DNA of 64,000 nt. It comes from Verrucomicrobiota bacterium. Its GTDB lineage: Bacteria; Verrucomicrobiota; Verrucomicrobiia; Limisphaerales; JANNEF01. Position numbers and translations under genes: made by a program. Under the pieces are notes generated by a model. It did no database searches. It had not been told where the DNA came from and was given only the letters and a program-made list of their open reading frames with translations. The stretch covers positions 1,332 to 65,331 of the forward strand of contig JANNEF010000386.1 in assembly GCA_031378375.1 (NCBI GenBank). The letters are read 5' to 3'. This document shows, piece after piece, positions 20,554 through 29,761 of this stretch; within the stretch, counting starts at the first letter, position 1, and each line of letters begins with the position of its first letter.

Positions 20554-20766
20554 TCAGCGCAGGGACTCGTAGATGGCGTCCTCCGGCGGATCGTCGCGCA
20601 GGAACTGCTCGTACCCTGCGGCCCGCCACTGGGCCTCATCGGTGTCTTCGTCCGTGAGGACGATGATGCGCGCCCGTCCGGTCTTGGGCAATTGCGCGGC
20701 GATGTCGCTGGGAATCGCGAGGACGCCCGCGCCACTCAACTCAGTCGTAAACTCAATGGCGTTCAT
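20554..20766 (-). CDS. Putative antitoxin (AbrB-like N-terminus, acidic C-terminus)
   Basis: 70-aa ORF immediately upstream of the MazF toxin; TTGACC-17-TACGTT ends 7 nt before the ATG. Confidence 0.75.
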   Translation of the reverse strand: MNAIEFTTELSGAGVLAIPSDIAAQLPKTGRARIIVLTDEDTDEAQWRAAGYEQFLRDDPPEDAIYESLR

Positions 20767-20827
20767 GGTGGGAAACGTATCGCGCCGTGCCAGCCGGGTC
20801 AACCAGCCCCTTTGCGGCGGGCACGAT

Positions 20828-20888
20828 GAAGCGCCGCTGCCCGAGGATCTGCAAGACGCGTTGGTCGCGCTGCGGGTGGTTTGAAGAA
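20828..20888 (+). repeat. Direct repeat copy 2 (orphan diverged rluD 3' end, EAPLPEDLQDALVALRVV*)
   Basis: Matches the last 18 codons, stop and AGAA of rluD. Confidence 0.9.
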
Positions 20889-20930
20889 ACACAGGCTTCC
20901 TTTCTCAGCCATGTTTCTTACGAGGCCGTG

Positions 20931-21821
20931 TCATTTGGTCAACACCGTCTCTCTCAAGTAAGGCTCTACGCTGAACTTCACCTTGTCGATGTCGTGGCAG
21001 ATGAATGTAGCTGCAAACAATCGCATGGTGTCCTCTGCTCTCATGGTAATCTGCGCGGCCATCAAATCGGAGTGGCCATTGCGATTGAGTGCGTGCCTCG
21101 ATATTTCCAAATGCTTCTCTTCGTCGCTGCGTCGGCCCGGCGCGCTGCCTTGCTTGGCGTGCTCTTTCCACCAAACAGTGGTGGCTGGCCCGCGGTCAAG
21201 CTGTGCGGTGCCAACCACGCCCGGATAAATTGAGGCAGATACCACGTTGAAGATGATGAACTCGATGGAAGCCTGACTGGCGAAGTGCTCCCAGTGCGAG
21301 ATGCTCTCGTAGCTGGCGGTCATCCACAAGTGGTGGTAAAGCGCCAGGACGGGCTCAGGAAACGGTGGCCGTGGAAAGCAGCCCGGCGAAACGTCGGTGA
21401 GGTCATTCCGCAGATGCGCGAGCACCTGAAGCGTCATCCGCTCCAACTCCTCTGCCGAAAAGCGTGCAAGGTAGTCGAGCAATGTCTGGTAGAGAGCCTC
21501 GTGGTCGATGCCGAACGCGCTCAACTTACCGCGCCATAGCTGATTGTGTCCCTGTTCCTCTAGCAACTGCTGGGCAAGCGCCCTGACGAACGAACCTTGG
21601 CGGACGTGGTCAACCTTCGCGAGGCCCTTGATCAAAACCCGATTGAACCCTACGACGATGGGATACATCGCGACGATGTATCCCAAGTAGCGACGAAGCG
21701 GCATCTGTCCGCTGAGAAGCGTGGTGCCAAACTCACACTCGTTCATGCGCGTGCTAAATCCTTGCGCAAGCCCCCAAACGGCCTCTCCTAGTTTTTGCTT
21801 CTGCTTGGTTTGCGTGGCCAT
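20931..21821 (-). CDS. Heme-oxygenase-like (PqqC/CADD/TenA fold) putative diiron enzyme
   Basis: LLEEQGHNQLW, ASIEF, WWKEH...DEEKH ligand pattern; ATG at 21821. Confidence 0.65.
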   Translation of the reverse strand: MATQTKQKQKLGEAVWGLAQGFSTRMNECEFGTTLLSGQMPLRRYLGYIVAMYPIVVGFNRVLIKGLAKVDHVRQGSFVRALAQQLLEEQGHNQLWRGKLSAFGIDHEALYQTLLDYLARFSAEELERMTLQVLAHLRNDLTDVSPGCFPRPPFPEPVLALYHHLWMTASYESISHWEHFASQASIEFIIFNVVSASIYPGVVGTAQLDRGPATTVWWKEHAKQGSAPGRRSDEEKHLEISRHALNRNGHSDLMAAQITMRAEDTMRLFAATFICHDIDKVKFSVEPYLRETVLTK

Positions 21822-21959
21822 GTGCTTGGTTCTTTGATTGTGAACGTGTCGATGGGCGACACAGCCCAACCTGTCGACCAATTCGAGACAGCTTCACTTC
21901 GTGTTCGTGGTCTGCTTCAGGCGACTTTCCACCGCCATCGGTGGCGAACGATTTCGCAA

Positions 21960-21987
21960 ATATTAGAGGGACTATAGTCCCTGTCAA
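21960..21987 (-). promoter_or_regulatory. Sigma70-type promoter with a 16-bp palindromic operator in the spacer
   Basis: Minus strand TTGACA-16-TAATAT; AGGGACTATAGTCCCT at 21967-21982; conserved at 47800-47827. Confidence 0.8.
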
Positions 21988-22017
21988 TCACGCACTTTTG
22001 ACTGCCACGATGCAAGA

Positions 22018-22266
22018 ATGCTGAAAACGAGCTTGGCTGACGCATTCGGCGTCGTCTTGCGCCAGCACAGGAAAGCCAAGAGCATCACACAAGAGATGCT
22101 GAGTGAACGAGCAGACGTGGACGTAAAGATGGTCGGCATGGTTGAGCGTGGCGTCCGCAACCCGAGTGTGAACTTAGCGGATTCACTTGCCCACGGTGTT
22201 GGTGTCCCACTTTCTCAGTTGATCAAAGAGGCGGAGACATTGAGGAAAAAACACAGGCGCGAGTGA
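22018..22266 (+). CDS. XRE-family HTH regulator (controller C-protein-like), copy 1
   Basis: FG..LRQHR....TQEMLSERA...VERGVRNPS; close paralog of 47521-47769. Confidence 0.9.
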   Translation: MLKTSLADAFGVVLRQHRKAKSITQEMLSERADVDVKMVGMVERGVRNPSVNLADSLAHGVGVPLSQLIKEAETLRKKHRRE

Positions 22267-22336
22267 AGGACGCAAAGAAGCTCTTCGGTTGCGAATTTGT
22301 AGCTGGCAGGAGGCACCAGTCGGTTATCGTCCCCCC

Positions 22337-22840
22337 ATGACCACGGAACAAGTCATCGGTCTGGCGCTGGCGCTGTTGCTGATGTGCGGCGGCGTGGCGG
22401 GCAGCATCCTGCCGGGGCTGCCGGGCACGCCGCTGGTGTTGCTGGCGGCCATCGCGCACAAACTTTACTTCGGCGTCACCGGCGTCGCGTGGTGGGTGCT
22501 GGGCCTGCTCGCCGTGCTCACCGCGCTGTCGCTGGCGGTGGATTACGCGGCGAGCCTCTACGGCGCGCAACGGTTCGGCGCCACCTGGCGCGGCGTGGTG
22601 GGTGCCCTGGTGGGCGGGTTGATCGGGATTTTCTTCAGCCTGCCGGGGCTGTTGCTCGGCCCGTTCGTCGGCGCGCTGCTGTTTGAAATGGCGGGCGGAC
22701 GCGAGTTCAAGGAGGCGAGCCGCGCGGGTCTGGGCGCGACGCTCGGTCTGCTGGCCGGCACGCTGGGCAAGCTGGCGTGTTGCGTGGCGATGATGGGGCT
22801 GTTCGCGGTGAATGTGATTTACCGGTCGCTGGACGGTTAG
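22337..22840 (+). CDS. DUF456-like membrane protein
   Basis: GSILPGLPG, FGATWRG, GPFVGALLFE; hydrophobic. Confidence 0.85.
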   Translation: MTTEQVIGLALALLLMCGGVAGSILPGLPGTPLVLLAAIAHKLYFGVTGVAWWVLGLLAVLTALSLAVDYAASLYGAQRFGATWRGVVGALVGGLIGIFFSLPGLLLGPFVGALLFEMAGGREFKEASRAGLGATLGLLAGTLGKLACCVAMMGLFAVNVIYRSLDG

Positions 22841-22847
22841 CCGCGCG

Positions 22848-22882
22848 TTGACGACGCGCGCCCGCCTGCTTATCTTTCCGCC
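22848..22882 (+). promoter_or_regulatory. Promoter for a probably leaderless TA transcript
   Basis: TTGACG-17-TATCTT-6-ATG, no Shine-Dalgarno. Confidence 0.65.
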
Positions 22883-23104
22883 ATGAGCACCGTGGTGGAA
22901 ATCAAAGCGGCGATTGACCGGCTGTCCGCCCGCGAGCGTTGCGAATTGAACGCGCTGCTCCAGCATTGGGCGGACGACGACTGGGACCGGCAAATGGCCG
23001 GCGACGCCGGGCCGGGCGGAAAATTGCACGCGCTGAAAGAGGCGGCGGAAGCCGACGCGCAAAGCGGCCGCCTGCGTGAATTTCCCAAACCCGCCGGGAC
23101 ATGA
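22883..23104 (+). CDS. Putative antitoxin
   Basis: MSTVVEIKAAIDRL...WDRQM; ATGA overlap with the toxin. Confidence 0.75.
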   Translation: MSTVVEIKAAIDRLSARERCELNALLQHWADDDWDRQMAGDAGPGGKLHALKEAAEADAQSGRLREFPKPAGT

Positions 23105-23355
23105 CCTCCAAGGCGGCGGCTTCCTTCTGGCGGCGTTACGGGGAACTGCCCGAACACATCCAGCACCTGGCCTACAAAAACTACCGGCTATGGCTGGCCA
23201 ATCCGCAGCATCCCTCCCTGCGCTTCAAGCCCGTCAATTATGACCAATGGTCCGTCCGCGTCGGCGACCATTATCGGCCGGTGGGTTACTTCCGCGGCGG
23301 TGACACGTTTGTCTGGACCTGGATTGGCACGCATGAGGATTACAACAAGTTGTGA
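23101..23355 (+). CDS. ParE/RelE-like toxin
   Basis: FWRRY..LP...NPQHPSLRFK...SVRVGDHYR...WIGTHEDY. Confidence 0.85.
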   Translation: MTSKAAASFWRRYGELPEHIQHLAYKNYRLWLANPQHPSLRFKPVNYDQWSVRVGDHYRPVGYFRGGDTFVWTWIGTHEDYNKL

Positions 23356-23373
23356 CCGGGCGCGGCCTCCGGG

Positions 23374-24705
23374 ATGAATCGCATGGATACACAACCGGCA
23401 TCAACAAACGCGGACCCCGCTCCGGCACCGCCCGCTTCCTCCCACAGCAGCGCCTTCAAGCGGGCGCTGCCCTGGGCCTTCTACGATTGGGCCAACTCCG
23501 CCTACGCGGTCACGGTCATGGCGGGGTTCTTCCCCATCTTCCTCAAGGATTACTGGACGCCGCCGGGCACCGCCGAGACGGTGAGCACCTTCCGCCTCGG
23601 CGCGGCCAACTCGATCATCAGCGCCATCGTCGCGCTGCTCGCGCCGGTGCTGGGGGCCATCGCCGACCGGGGCAGCGCGAAGAAAAAATTCCTGTTCACC
23701 TTCGCGTGCCTGGGCGTGGTGATGACGGGCGCGCTGCATTTCGTGGCGCGCGGCGACTGGATGTGGGCGCTCACGATGTATGTGCTGGCCACCATCGGCT
23801 TCGCCGGCGGAAATATTTTTTACGACTCGCTGCTGGTGAACGTGGCGGAGGAGCGCAAGTTCGATTTCGTTTCCGCGCTCGGTTATTCGCTGGGCTACCT
23901 GGGCGGCGGATTGATCTTCGCGCTTAACGTCTGGATGGTGCTGCATCCCGAAACCTTCGGCCTGGCGGACAAGAGCGAGGCGGTGCGCCGGGCGTTCCTG
24001 TTCGTGGCGGTGTGGTGGGCGGTGTTCTCACTGCCGCTGCTGCTGTTCGTCAAAGAACCGCGCAGCCAAGGCGGGCCGCGGCCGGGCGCGTGGGCGGCGG
24101 TGACGGCGGGGTTGCGGCAATTGCGCAGGACGTTCCACGAGATCCGCAGAATGCGCAACGTGCTGTGGTTCCTGCTCGGTTACTGGCTCTACATTGACGG
24201 CGTGGACACGATCATCCTGATGGCCGTGGATTACGGGAAGTCGCTCGGCTTCAGCTCCAACCACCTCATCGCTGCGCTGCTCATCACGCAGTTCGTCGGG
24301 TTCCCGGCGGCGATTGCGTTCGGCAAGATCGGCGAGCGGCTCGGCGCGAAGACGGGCATCTTCATCGCGCTGGCGGTTTACGTGGGCGTGACGGTGTGGG
24401 GATTTTTCATGCAAAGGACGGCGGAGTTTTACGGGCTGGCCATCGTCATCGGGCTGGTGCAGGGCGGCGTGCAATCGTTGAGCCGGTCGCTCTACGCGCG
24501 GCTCATCCCGGCGGACAAGGCGGGGGAGTTCTTTGGCTTCTACAACATGCTGGGCAAGTTCGCCGCCATCATCGGCCCGGCGCTGATGGGCGTGGTGGGC
24601 GTGCTGGCGGGCAACGCGCGCTATTCCATCCTCGCCATCGTGCTGCTGTTCATCGGCGGCGGCTTCTTTCTGCGCCGGGTCCAGGTGGAGCCGGCACCTC
24701 GCTGA
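23374..24705 (+). CDS. MFS transporter (UMF1/Atg22-like)
   Basis: WAFYDWANSAY, LGAIAD, GYSLGYLGG, QSLSRS, EFFGFY. Confidence 0.9.
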   Translation: MNRMDTQPASTNADPAPAPPASSHSSAFKRALPWAFYDWANSAYAVTVMAGFFPIFLKDYWTPPGTAETVSTFRLGAANSIISAIVALLAPVLGAIADRGSAKKKFLFTFACLGVVMTGALHFVARGDWMWALTMYVLATIGFAGGNIFYDSLLVNVAEERKFDFVSALGYSLGYLGGGLIFALNVWMVLHPETFGLADKSEAVRRAFLFVAVWWAVFSLPLLLFVKEPRSQGGPRPGAWAAVTAGLRQLRRTFHEIRRMRNVLWFLLGYWLYIDGVDTIILMAVDYGKSLGFSSNHLIAALLITQFVGFPAAIAFGKIGERLGAKTGIFIALAVYVGVTVWGFFMQRTAEFYGLAIVIGLVQGGVQSLSRSLYARLIPADKAGEFFGFYNMLGKFAAIIGPALMGVVGVLAGNARYSILAIVLLFIGGGFFLRRVQVEPAPR

Positions 24706-24773
24706 TGCCACCCGGCGGGGCGCGAGAATAAAACTTCACTCCGCCACGGGCATCGCGTAATTCTTTGCGCACT

Positions 24774-25625
24774 ATGAAATCCATCGCACGTTCACTTCTC
24801 GCTGGCGCCCTCGCCCTCGCCGCTGTTCTCTCCTCCGCGCGCGCCGCCGCGTTCAAGGAACCCGTCGGCCTGCAACTCTACAGCTTGCGCGCCGAGTTCA
24901 CCCGCAACGTCCCCGCCACGCTGGAGAAGGTGCGCGGCTTCGGCATCCGCGATGTCGAACTCGCCGGCACCTACAATCTCACGCCGGAAAAATTCAAGGC
25001 GATGCTCGACGCGAACAAGCTCCGGCCCGTCAGTGGCCACTTCCCCTACGACCGCTACAAGACCGACGCCGAGGGCATCGCGCGCGACGCCAAGGCGCTC
25101 GGCTTGCAATACGCCGGCTGCGCGTGGATTTCCCACAAGGAAACATTCGACGAACAGGAATGCCGCGACGCCGCCGCCGTCTTCAACAAGGCCGGCGAGG
25201 TGCTGGCCAAACACGGCATCAAGTTTTTCTACCACTGCCACGGCTACGAGTTTCGCCCGCACGGCGCGGGCACGCTGTTCGACCTGCTGATGGCCGAGAC
25301 GAACCCGAAGTTCGTGAGCTTCGAGATGGACGTGTTCTGGGTGGTGCATCCCGGCCAGGACCCCGTGAAGCTGCTCGAAAAATACGGCAAGCGTTGGGCG
25401 TTGATGCATGTGAAGGACATGAAGAAGGGTCTCAAGGGCGACCTCACCGGCAAGGCCGACGTGACGAATGATGTGACCATCGGCACCGGGCAAATGGATT
25501 GGCCCGCGATCCTGCAGGCGGCGAAGAAGGCCGGCGTGAAGCATTATTTCCTCGAAGACGAATCCCCCACGGCGGCGGAGCAGATTCCGCAGAGCAAGAA
25601 ATACCTCGAGACGTTGAAGTGGTAG
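24774..25625 (+). CDS. Sugar phosphate isomerase/epimerase (xylose-isomerase-like TIM barrel), exported
   Basis: GLQLYSLR, YHCHGYEF, EMDVFW, HVKD, IGTGQMDW. Confidence 0.9.
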   Translation: MKSIARSLLAGALALAAVLSSARAAAFKEPVGLQLYSLRAEFTRNVPATLEKVRGFGIRDVELAGTYNLTPEKFKAMLDANKLRPVSGHFPYDRYKTDAEGIARDAKALGLQYAGCAWISHKETFDEQECRDAAAVFNKAGEVLAKHGIKFFYHCHGYEFRPHGAGTLFDLLMAETNPKFVSFEMDVFWVVHPGQDPVKLLEKYGKRWALMHVKDMKKGLKGDLTGKADVTNDVTIGTGQMDWPAILQAAKKAGVKHYFLEDESPTAAEQIPQSKKYLETLKW

Positions 25626-25674
25626 CCTGCGTTTGCCGTTTGCGAAACCTGAATCTGCCCGTTACTTTTCCGGC

Positions 25675-25899
25675 ATGAGCACGCTGGCTGAAATCCAGGA
25701 CGCCGTCACCAAACTCCCCGACAGCGACAAGCAAGCTCTCTCGCTCTGGCTCAATTCCCAGACCGCGCCCGATTTGGGACCAGAAGAAGAGCAACGACTC
25801 CTTCGCACTCTGGATGAAGCCATCCGGGCTGTGGATGCCGGCGGGGGCGTGCCGCTGGAGGACGCGCGCAAACTCGTGGCCTCATGGGCTGCAAAATAG
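25675..25899 (+). CDS. Putative antitoxin
   Basis: MSTLAEIQDAVTKL; TTGCGA-17-TACTTT-6-ATG; overlaps the toxin start. Confidence 0.75.
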   Translation: MSTLAEIQDAVTKLPDSDKQALSLWLNSQTAPDLGPEEEQRLLRTLDEAIRAVDAGGGVPLEDARKLVASWAAK

Positions 25900-26180
25900 T
25901 TTTCTCGCCCCAGGCCATCGCGGACTTGGCTGCAATCGTCCGCTACATCGCAACGGACGCCCCGGCGACCGCCGAACGCATCGGCAACGCGCTGATTGAC
26001 CGTGCGGCTATTTTGGAAAACTTCCCGCTGCTCGGCACCCCCTATCCGAAGCGCCTTGGCGTGCGCAAACTGGTTTCGCGGCCCTACATCATCTTCTATC
26101 GCGCCAGACTGGACCAGAATCGCGTGGACATTCTCCGTTACTGGCACGGCGCGCGGAGCGAACCGGAGATGACGGAGTGA
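25884..26180 (+). CDS. RelE/ParE family toxin
   Basis: IVFSPQAIADL..I..YI...L..FP..G...R.LV..PYIIFY...ILRYWHGAR. Confidence 0.9.
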   Translation: MGCKIVFSPQAIADLAAIVRYIATDAPATAERIGNALIDRAAILENFPLLGTPYPKRLGVRKLVSRPYIIFYRARLDQNRVDILRYWHGARSEPEMTE

Positions 26181-26190
26181 TGAACCATTT

Positions 26191-27732
26191 CTAGTTGGCG
26201 GTTTTTGCGTCCGCCAGATGCCGCTCCTGGCGCTTCTGGCCGCCGCGCTTGGCGCGCGGCGCGGCTACCGTTCCTTCCGGCAAATGCCCGCGCAAAAACT
26301 CCGGGATTTCCCGCCGTCCGCCACGCTGCCAGTCGCGCCACATCACCTCCGCTGTTGGAAGCGCGGCGAGGTTCAGTTCCACCGTCAGATATTTGAACAG
26401 CAGTTCCGCCAGCCGCGCCAGCGCGATGCCGTCCGTGCGGCCCACTTCCGCGAACAGCCAGTCACTCCAGCGCAGAAACGCGCCGAAAGGCGACGCGCCC
26501 TCGCGCCACAGCCGTGTCGTCGTCTCCACGAAGTTGCCGCTGTTGCCCACCAGATCCCAGTAGCGCGCGAAGCGGCGCAGCCGTTGCATCGTCGCGAAGT
26601 CCAGCAGGCGGTTTTGCAACAGCTCGTACGGCGGGTGCGCGCCATAGACCATCCGCCACTCGGCGTCGTGTCGCACGATGGGCGTGCCACGCAGCCGCTT
26701 GAGGATGCCCACCTGGATTTCCTGCGGGCCGAGCGCGATCAGGCGATCAAACCCGGCGCCGAAACTCTCCACAGTTTCGCCGGGCAATCCCACGATCAAA
26801 TCCGCGTGGATGTGGACGCCCGTACCCTGGCGAAGAAATTGAAAATTCTCCTCCAGTTTGCGCGTGTCCTGCCGTCGGCTGATGAGCCGGCACACGTCGT
26901 CGTTGAACGATTGCACTCCCACCTCGAATTGCAGCGCCCCGGGCGGAAATCGGGCGATCACTTCCCGCAATGCCTCCGGCAGCCGGTCGGGAATCATCTC
27001 GAAGTGCAGGAACAGGCCGGGCCGTTGGCGTTCGAGAAAAAACTCCAACAGCGCGCGGCTGGTGGCGAGATTCAGGTTGAACGTGCGGTCCACGAACTTG
27101 AACTGCTTCACCCCGCGCTCCAGCAGCCGTTGCAGATTCGCCAGCAACCCCGGCAACGGCGCCTGCCGCACGGGAATGTCGAGTGACGACAGGCAGAACT
27201 CGCAGGTGAACGGACAGCCGCGCGACGCTTCGACGTAGATGACGCGGTGCGCGATGTCGTCGTCGGTGTAGAGGTCATACGGCAGCTTCAACTGGCTGAA
27301 CTCCGGCAACGGCGCGGGCATGATCTTCGCCGCCGGGCGCTCCCCGGCCAGCAACCGCCCGCAGATTTCGGCGAATTTCAAATCCGCCTCGCCGGCGATC
27401 ACGTAGTCCGCCATTTGCACGATGGCCTGCTCCTCCGTCTCGTAACTCACCTCCGGGCCGCCGAGGATCACCGTGATGTCCGGCCGCACCCGCTTGATGG
27501 TGGCGATGACCTCGGTGGTTTCCGTCACGTTCCAGATGTAGATGCCGAAGCCGATGATTTTTGGTTCGCGCGCCAGCAATGCCTCCGCGATGTCGAGCGG
27601 GCGTTGGTTGATGTCAAACTCCGCGATGGCCGCGTCCGGACGCAGCGCGCCAAGATTGGCCAGGAGGTAGCGCAGGCCAAAGGCGGCGTGAATGTATTTC
27701 GCGTTGAGTGTCGTGAGCACGATGTCGGGCAT
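26191..27732 (-). CDS. B12-binding radical SAM protein (DUF4080-type C-terminus)
   Basis: [36 protein letters not shown]. Confidence 0.9.
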   Translation of the reverse strand: MPDIVLTTLNAKYIHAAFGLRYLLANLGALRPDAAIAEFDINQRPLDIAEALLAREPKIIGFGIYIWNVTETTEVIATIKRVRPDITVILGGPEVSYETEEQAIVQMADYVIAGEADLKFAEICGRLLAGERPAAKIMPAPLPEFSQLKLPYDLYTDDDIAHRVIYVEASRGCPFTCEFCLSSLDIPVRQAPLPGLLANLQRLLERGVKQFKFVDRTFNLNLATSRALLEFFLERQRPGLFLHFEMIPDRLPEALREVIARFPPGALQFEVGVQSFNDDVCRLISRRQDTRKLEENFQFLRQGTGVHIHADLIVGLPGETVESFGAGFDRLIALGPQEIQVGILKRLRGTPIVRHDAEWRMVYGAHPPYELLQNRLLDFATMQRLRRFARYWDLVGNSGNFVETTTRLWREGASPFGAFLRWSDWLFAEVGRTDGIALARLAELLFKYLTVELNLAALPTAEVMWRDWQRGGRREIPEFLRGHLPEGTVAAPRAKRGGQKRQERHLADAKTAN

Positions 27733-27845
27733 GACTTGCACCCAGTCTAGGGTGCGCGCTTGCACCGGGCAACGCCGCGCTTGCGCAAGACTCCTGTGCC
27801 TGCCTAAGCTCTGCCGGACTCCAAAATCGCAAACCCATCACCGGC

Positions 27846-28748
27846 ATGAAAAAAACAATTCTTCTCGCACTGGTCGCCCTGTTCGCCTTCACCGCTGCCC
27901 CCGCCCCCGCGCAGCAGGCGAAGGCCAATTTCACCCGCACCGAAGACGTCGTTTACGGGCGCAAGTTCGGCACCGCGCTCACGCTCGACGTGTTCCAACC
28001 GGAGAAAGCCAACGGCGCCGCCGTCTTCTTCATGGTCAGCGGCGGATTCTTCTCCAGCCACGAGGGGATCAACGCCAAGTCCTACGCGCCGTTTCTGGAG
28101 CGCGGTTACACGGTGTTCGCCGTGGTGCATGGATCGCAGCCGCGCTTTCACATCCCGGAGATTGAGCAGGACATTCATCGCGCCATCCGCTTCGTGCGGC
28201 GCCACGCGGCCAAGTGGGGCGTGGACCCGAACAAGTTCGGCATCACTGGTGGCAGCGCGGGCGGGCACCTCTCGATCACGATGGGCACGCAAGGCGGGTC
28301 GGGCAAGCCGGAGGCGAAAGACCCGCTTGACCGCGAGAGCAGCGCCGTGCAGGCCGTGGCGTGTTTTTATCCGCCGACGGATTTTCTGAACTGGGGCAAG
28401 GAAGGCGAGGATGGCGTGGGTTACGGGCCGACGGCGCAGTTCAAGCCCGCGTTCGGCCCGCGCTCCGACACCGCCGAGGGGCGGCAGGAATTGGGGAAGG
28501 AAATTTCGCCGATCAATTTCGTCACCGCGAAGATGCCGCCCACGCTCATCATCCACGGCGACGCGGACAAGTTGGTGCCGCTCTACCAGGCGCAAATCTT
28601 CGAGAAGAAGTGCAAGCAAGCCGGAGCGCCGTTCAAGCTCATCGTCAAGGAAGGTGCCGACCACGGGTGGAAGGGCATGGAGAAGGACATGGCCGTGTTC
28701 GCCGACTGGTTCGACGAGCATCTGCGCGGCATCAAGGCGGGCCGATAA
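27846..28748 (+). CDS. Exported alpha/beta hydrolase (esterase)
   Basis: Signal peptide, GGSAGGHL, HGDADKLVP, GADH. Confidence 0.9.
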   Translation: MKKTILLALVALFAFTAAPAPAQQAKANFTRTEDVVYGRKFGTALTLDVFQPEKANGAAVFFMVSGGFFSSHEGINAKSYAPFLERGYTVFAVVHGSQPRFHIPEIEQDIHRAIRFVRRHAAKWGVDPNKFGITGGSAGGHLSITMGTQGGSGKPEAKDPLDRESSAVQAVACFYPPTDFLNWGKEGEDGVGYGPTAQFKPAFGPRSDTAEGRQELGKEISPINFVTAKMPPTLIIHGDADKLVPLYQAQIFEKKCKQAGAPFKLIVKEGADHGWKGMEKDMAVFADWFDEHLRGIKAGR

Positions 28749-28795
28749 GTTGACCGGGGCTTGAGCTTTCGAGACGGCCCGGATACTTTCCCGTC

Positions 28796-29020
28796 ATGCC
28801 GATTTACGAATTTCACTGCGGGAAGTGCAGGCGCGACAGCGAAGTGCTGGTGCGCTCGACCAAGTGGCAGGGCACGCCGTGTCCGCGCTGCGGCTCAACC
28901 AAGTTGAAGAAGAAACTATCGGCGTTCGCTTCGAGCAGTGGCGGCGACGAAGCGCCGAGTTGTACGGGGAAGCCGACGTCGTGCGGCAAGTGCGGGACGG
29001 GCCGCCCGCATTCGCACTGA
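28796..29020 (+). CDS. FmdB family Zn-ribbon protein
   Basis: MPIYEFHCGKC...CPRCGS; TTGAGC-17-TACTTT-6-ATG. Confidence 0.9.
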   Translation: MPIYEFHCGKCRRDSEVLVRSTKWQGTPCPRCGSTKLKKKLSAFASSSGGDEAPSCTGKPTSCGKCGTGRPHSH

Positions 29021-29029
29021 CGCGGCGGG

Positions 29030-29707
29030 CTAACGGCAGAGTTCCCGCACCGGGATCGCTTCCAGCGTTTCCACCGCCCAGTCCGGTTTATGCGGGCGCA
29101 ATTCTTCCACGCCGAACTTGCCGGTGGCCACGGCCAGCACCTTCGCGTCAATGGCCCGGGCGCAGGCGATGTCCAGCGGCGTGTCGCCGATGACGAGAAT
29201 TTCCTCGCCGCGCAGTTTTTTTCCCAACAGCCGGCAGCCGCGTTCACGGGCGACAGCGGCGACCTGGTTGCGATCCTCGTGGTCGTCCCCAAACGCGCCG
29301 GTCTGGAATTCCTCCCAGAGCAGGTAATGGCCGAGCTTGAGCCGCGCGCCCAGCCGGATGTTGCCCGTGAGCAGGCCCATCACCGGCGGCTGCGGCAGCG
29401 CGCACCATTCACGAATCATATCGCGAACCCCGGGCAGCACGCGCCCGTCGATCTTGGCGAGCAGATGGTCCAGGAAGAACACGTAGGCGTCCAAGAAGCG
29501 CCGGAAGTTTTCCGCGCTCGGCTCGATGCCATGCTGTTGGAAAAACTCACGGATGATGCCAGGATCGGTGCGCCCGGCGAAGCTGAGGTGTTGCGTGCCG
29601 TTCGGCACACCGAACTGCGACGCGCAGACATGGGCGAACGCCTTCTCCCCGGCACCGCCGCTTTGTATCAGCGTGCCGTCAATGTCGAACAGAACGAGGC
29701 GAATCAT
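29030..29707 (-). CDS. HAD family phosphatase
   Basis: FDIDGTL, LTGN, IGDTPLD. Confidence 0.9.
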   Translation of the reverse strand: MIRLVLFDIDGTLIQSGGAGEKAFAHVCASQFGVPNGTQHLSFAGRTDPGIIREFFQQHGIEPSAENFRRFLDAYVFFLDHLLAKIDGRVLPGVRDMIREWCALPQPPVMGLLTGNIRLGARLKLGHYLLWEEFQTGAFGDDHEDRNQVAAVARERGCRLLGKKLRGEEILVIGDTPLDIACARAIDAKVLAVATGKFGVEELRPHKPDWAVETLEAIPVRELCR

Positions 29708-29761
29708 GGTCCGCACAGAGTAGAAAGCCCCGCCGCCGCTGGCAACGCCGGACGCGAAAGT

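Noticed and set aside
21960-22266. Restriction-modification system implied by the C-protein-like HTH and C-box-like site
   Set aside because: No DNA methyltransferase or restriction endonuclease next to either copy
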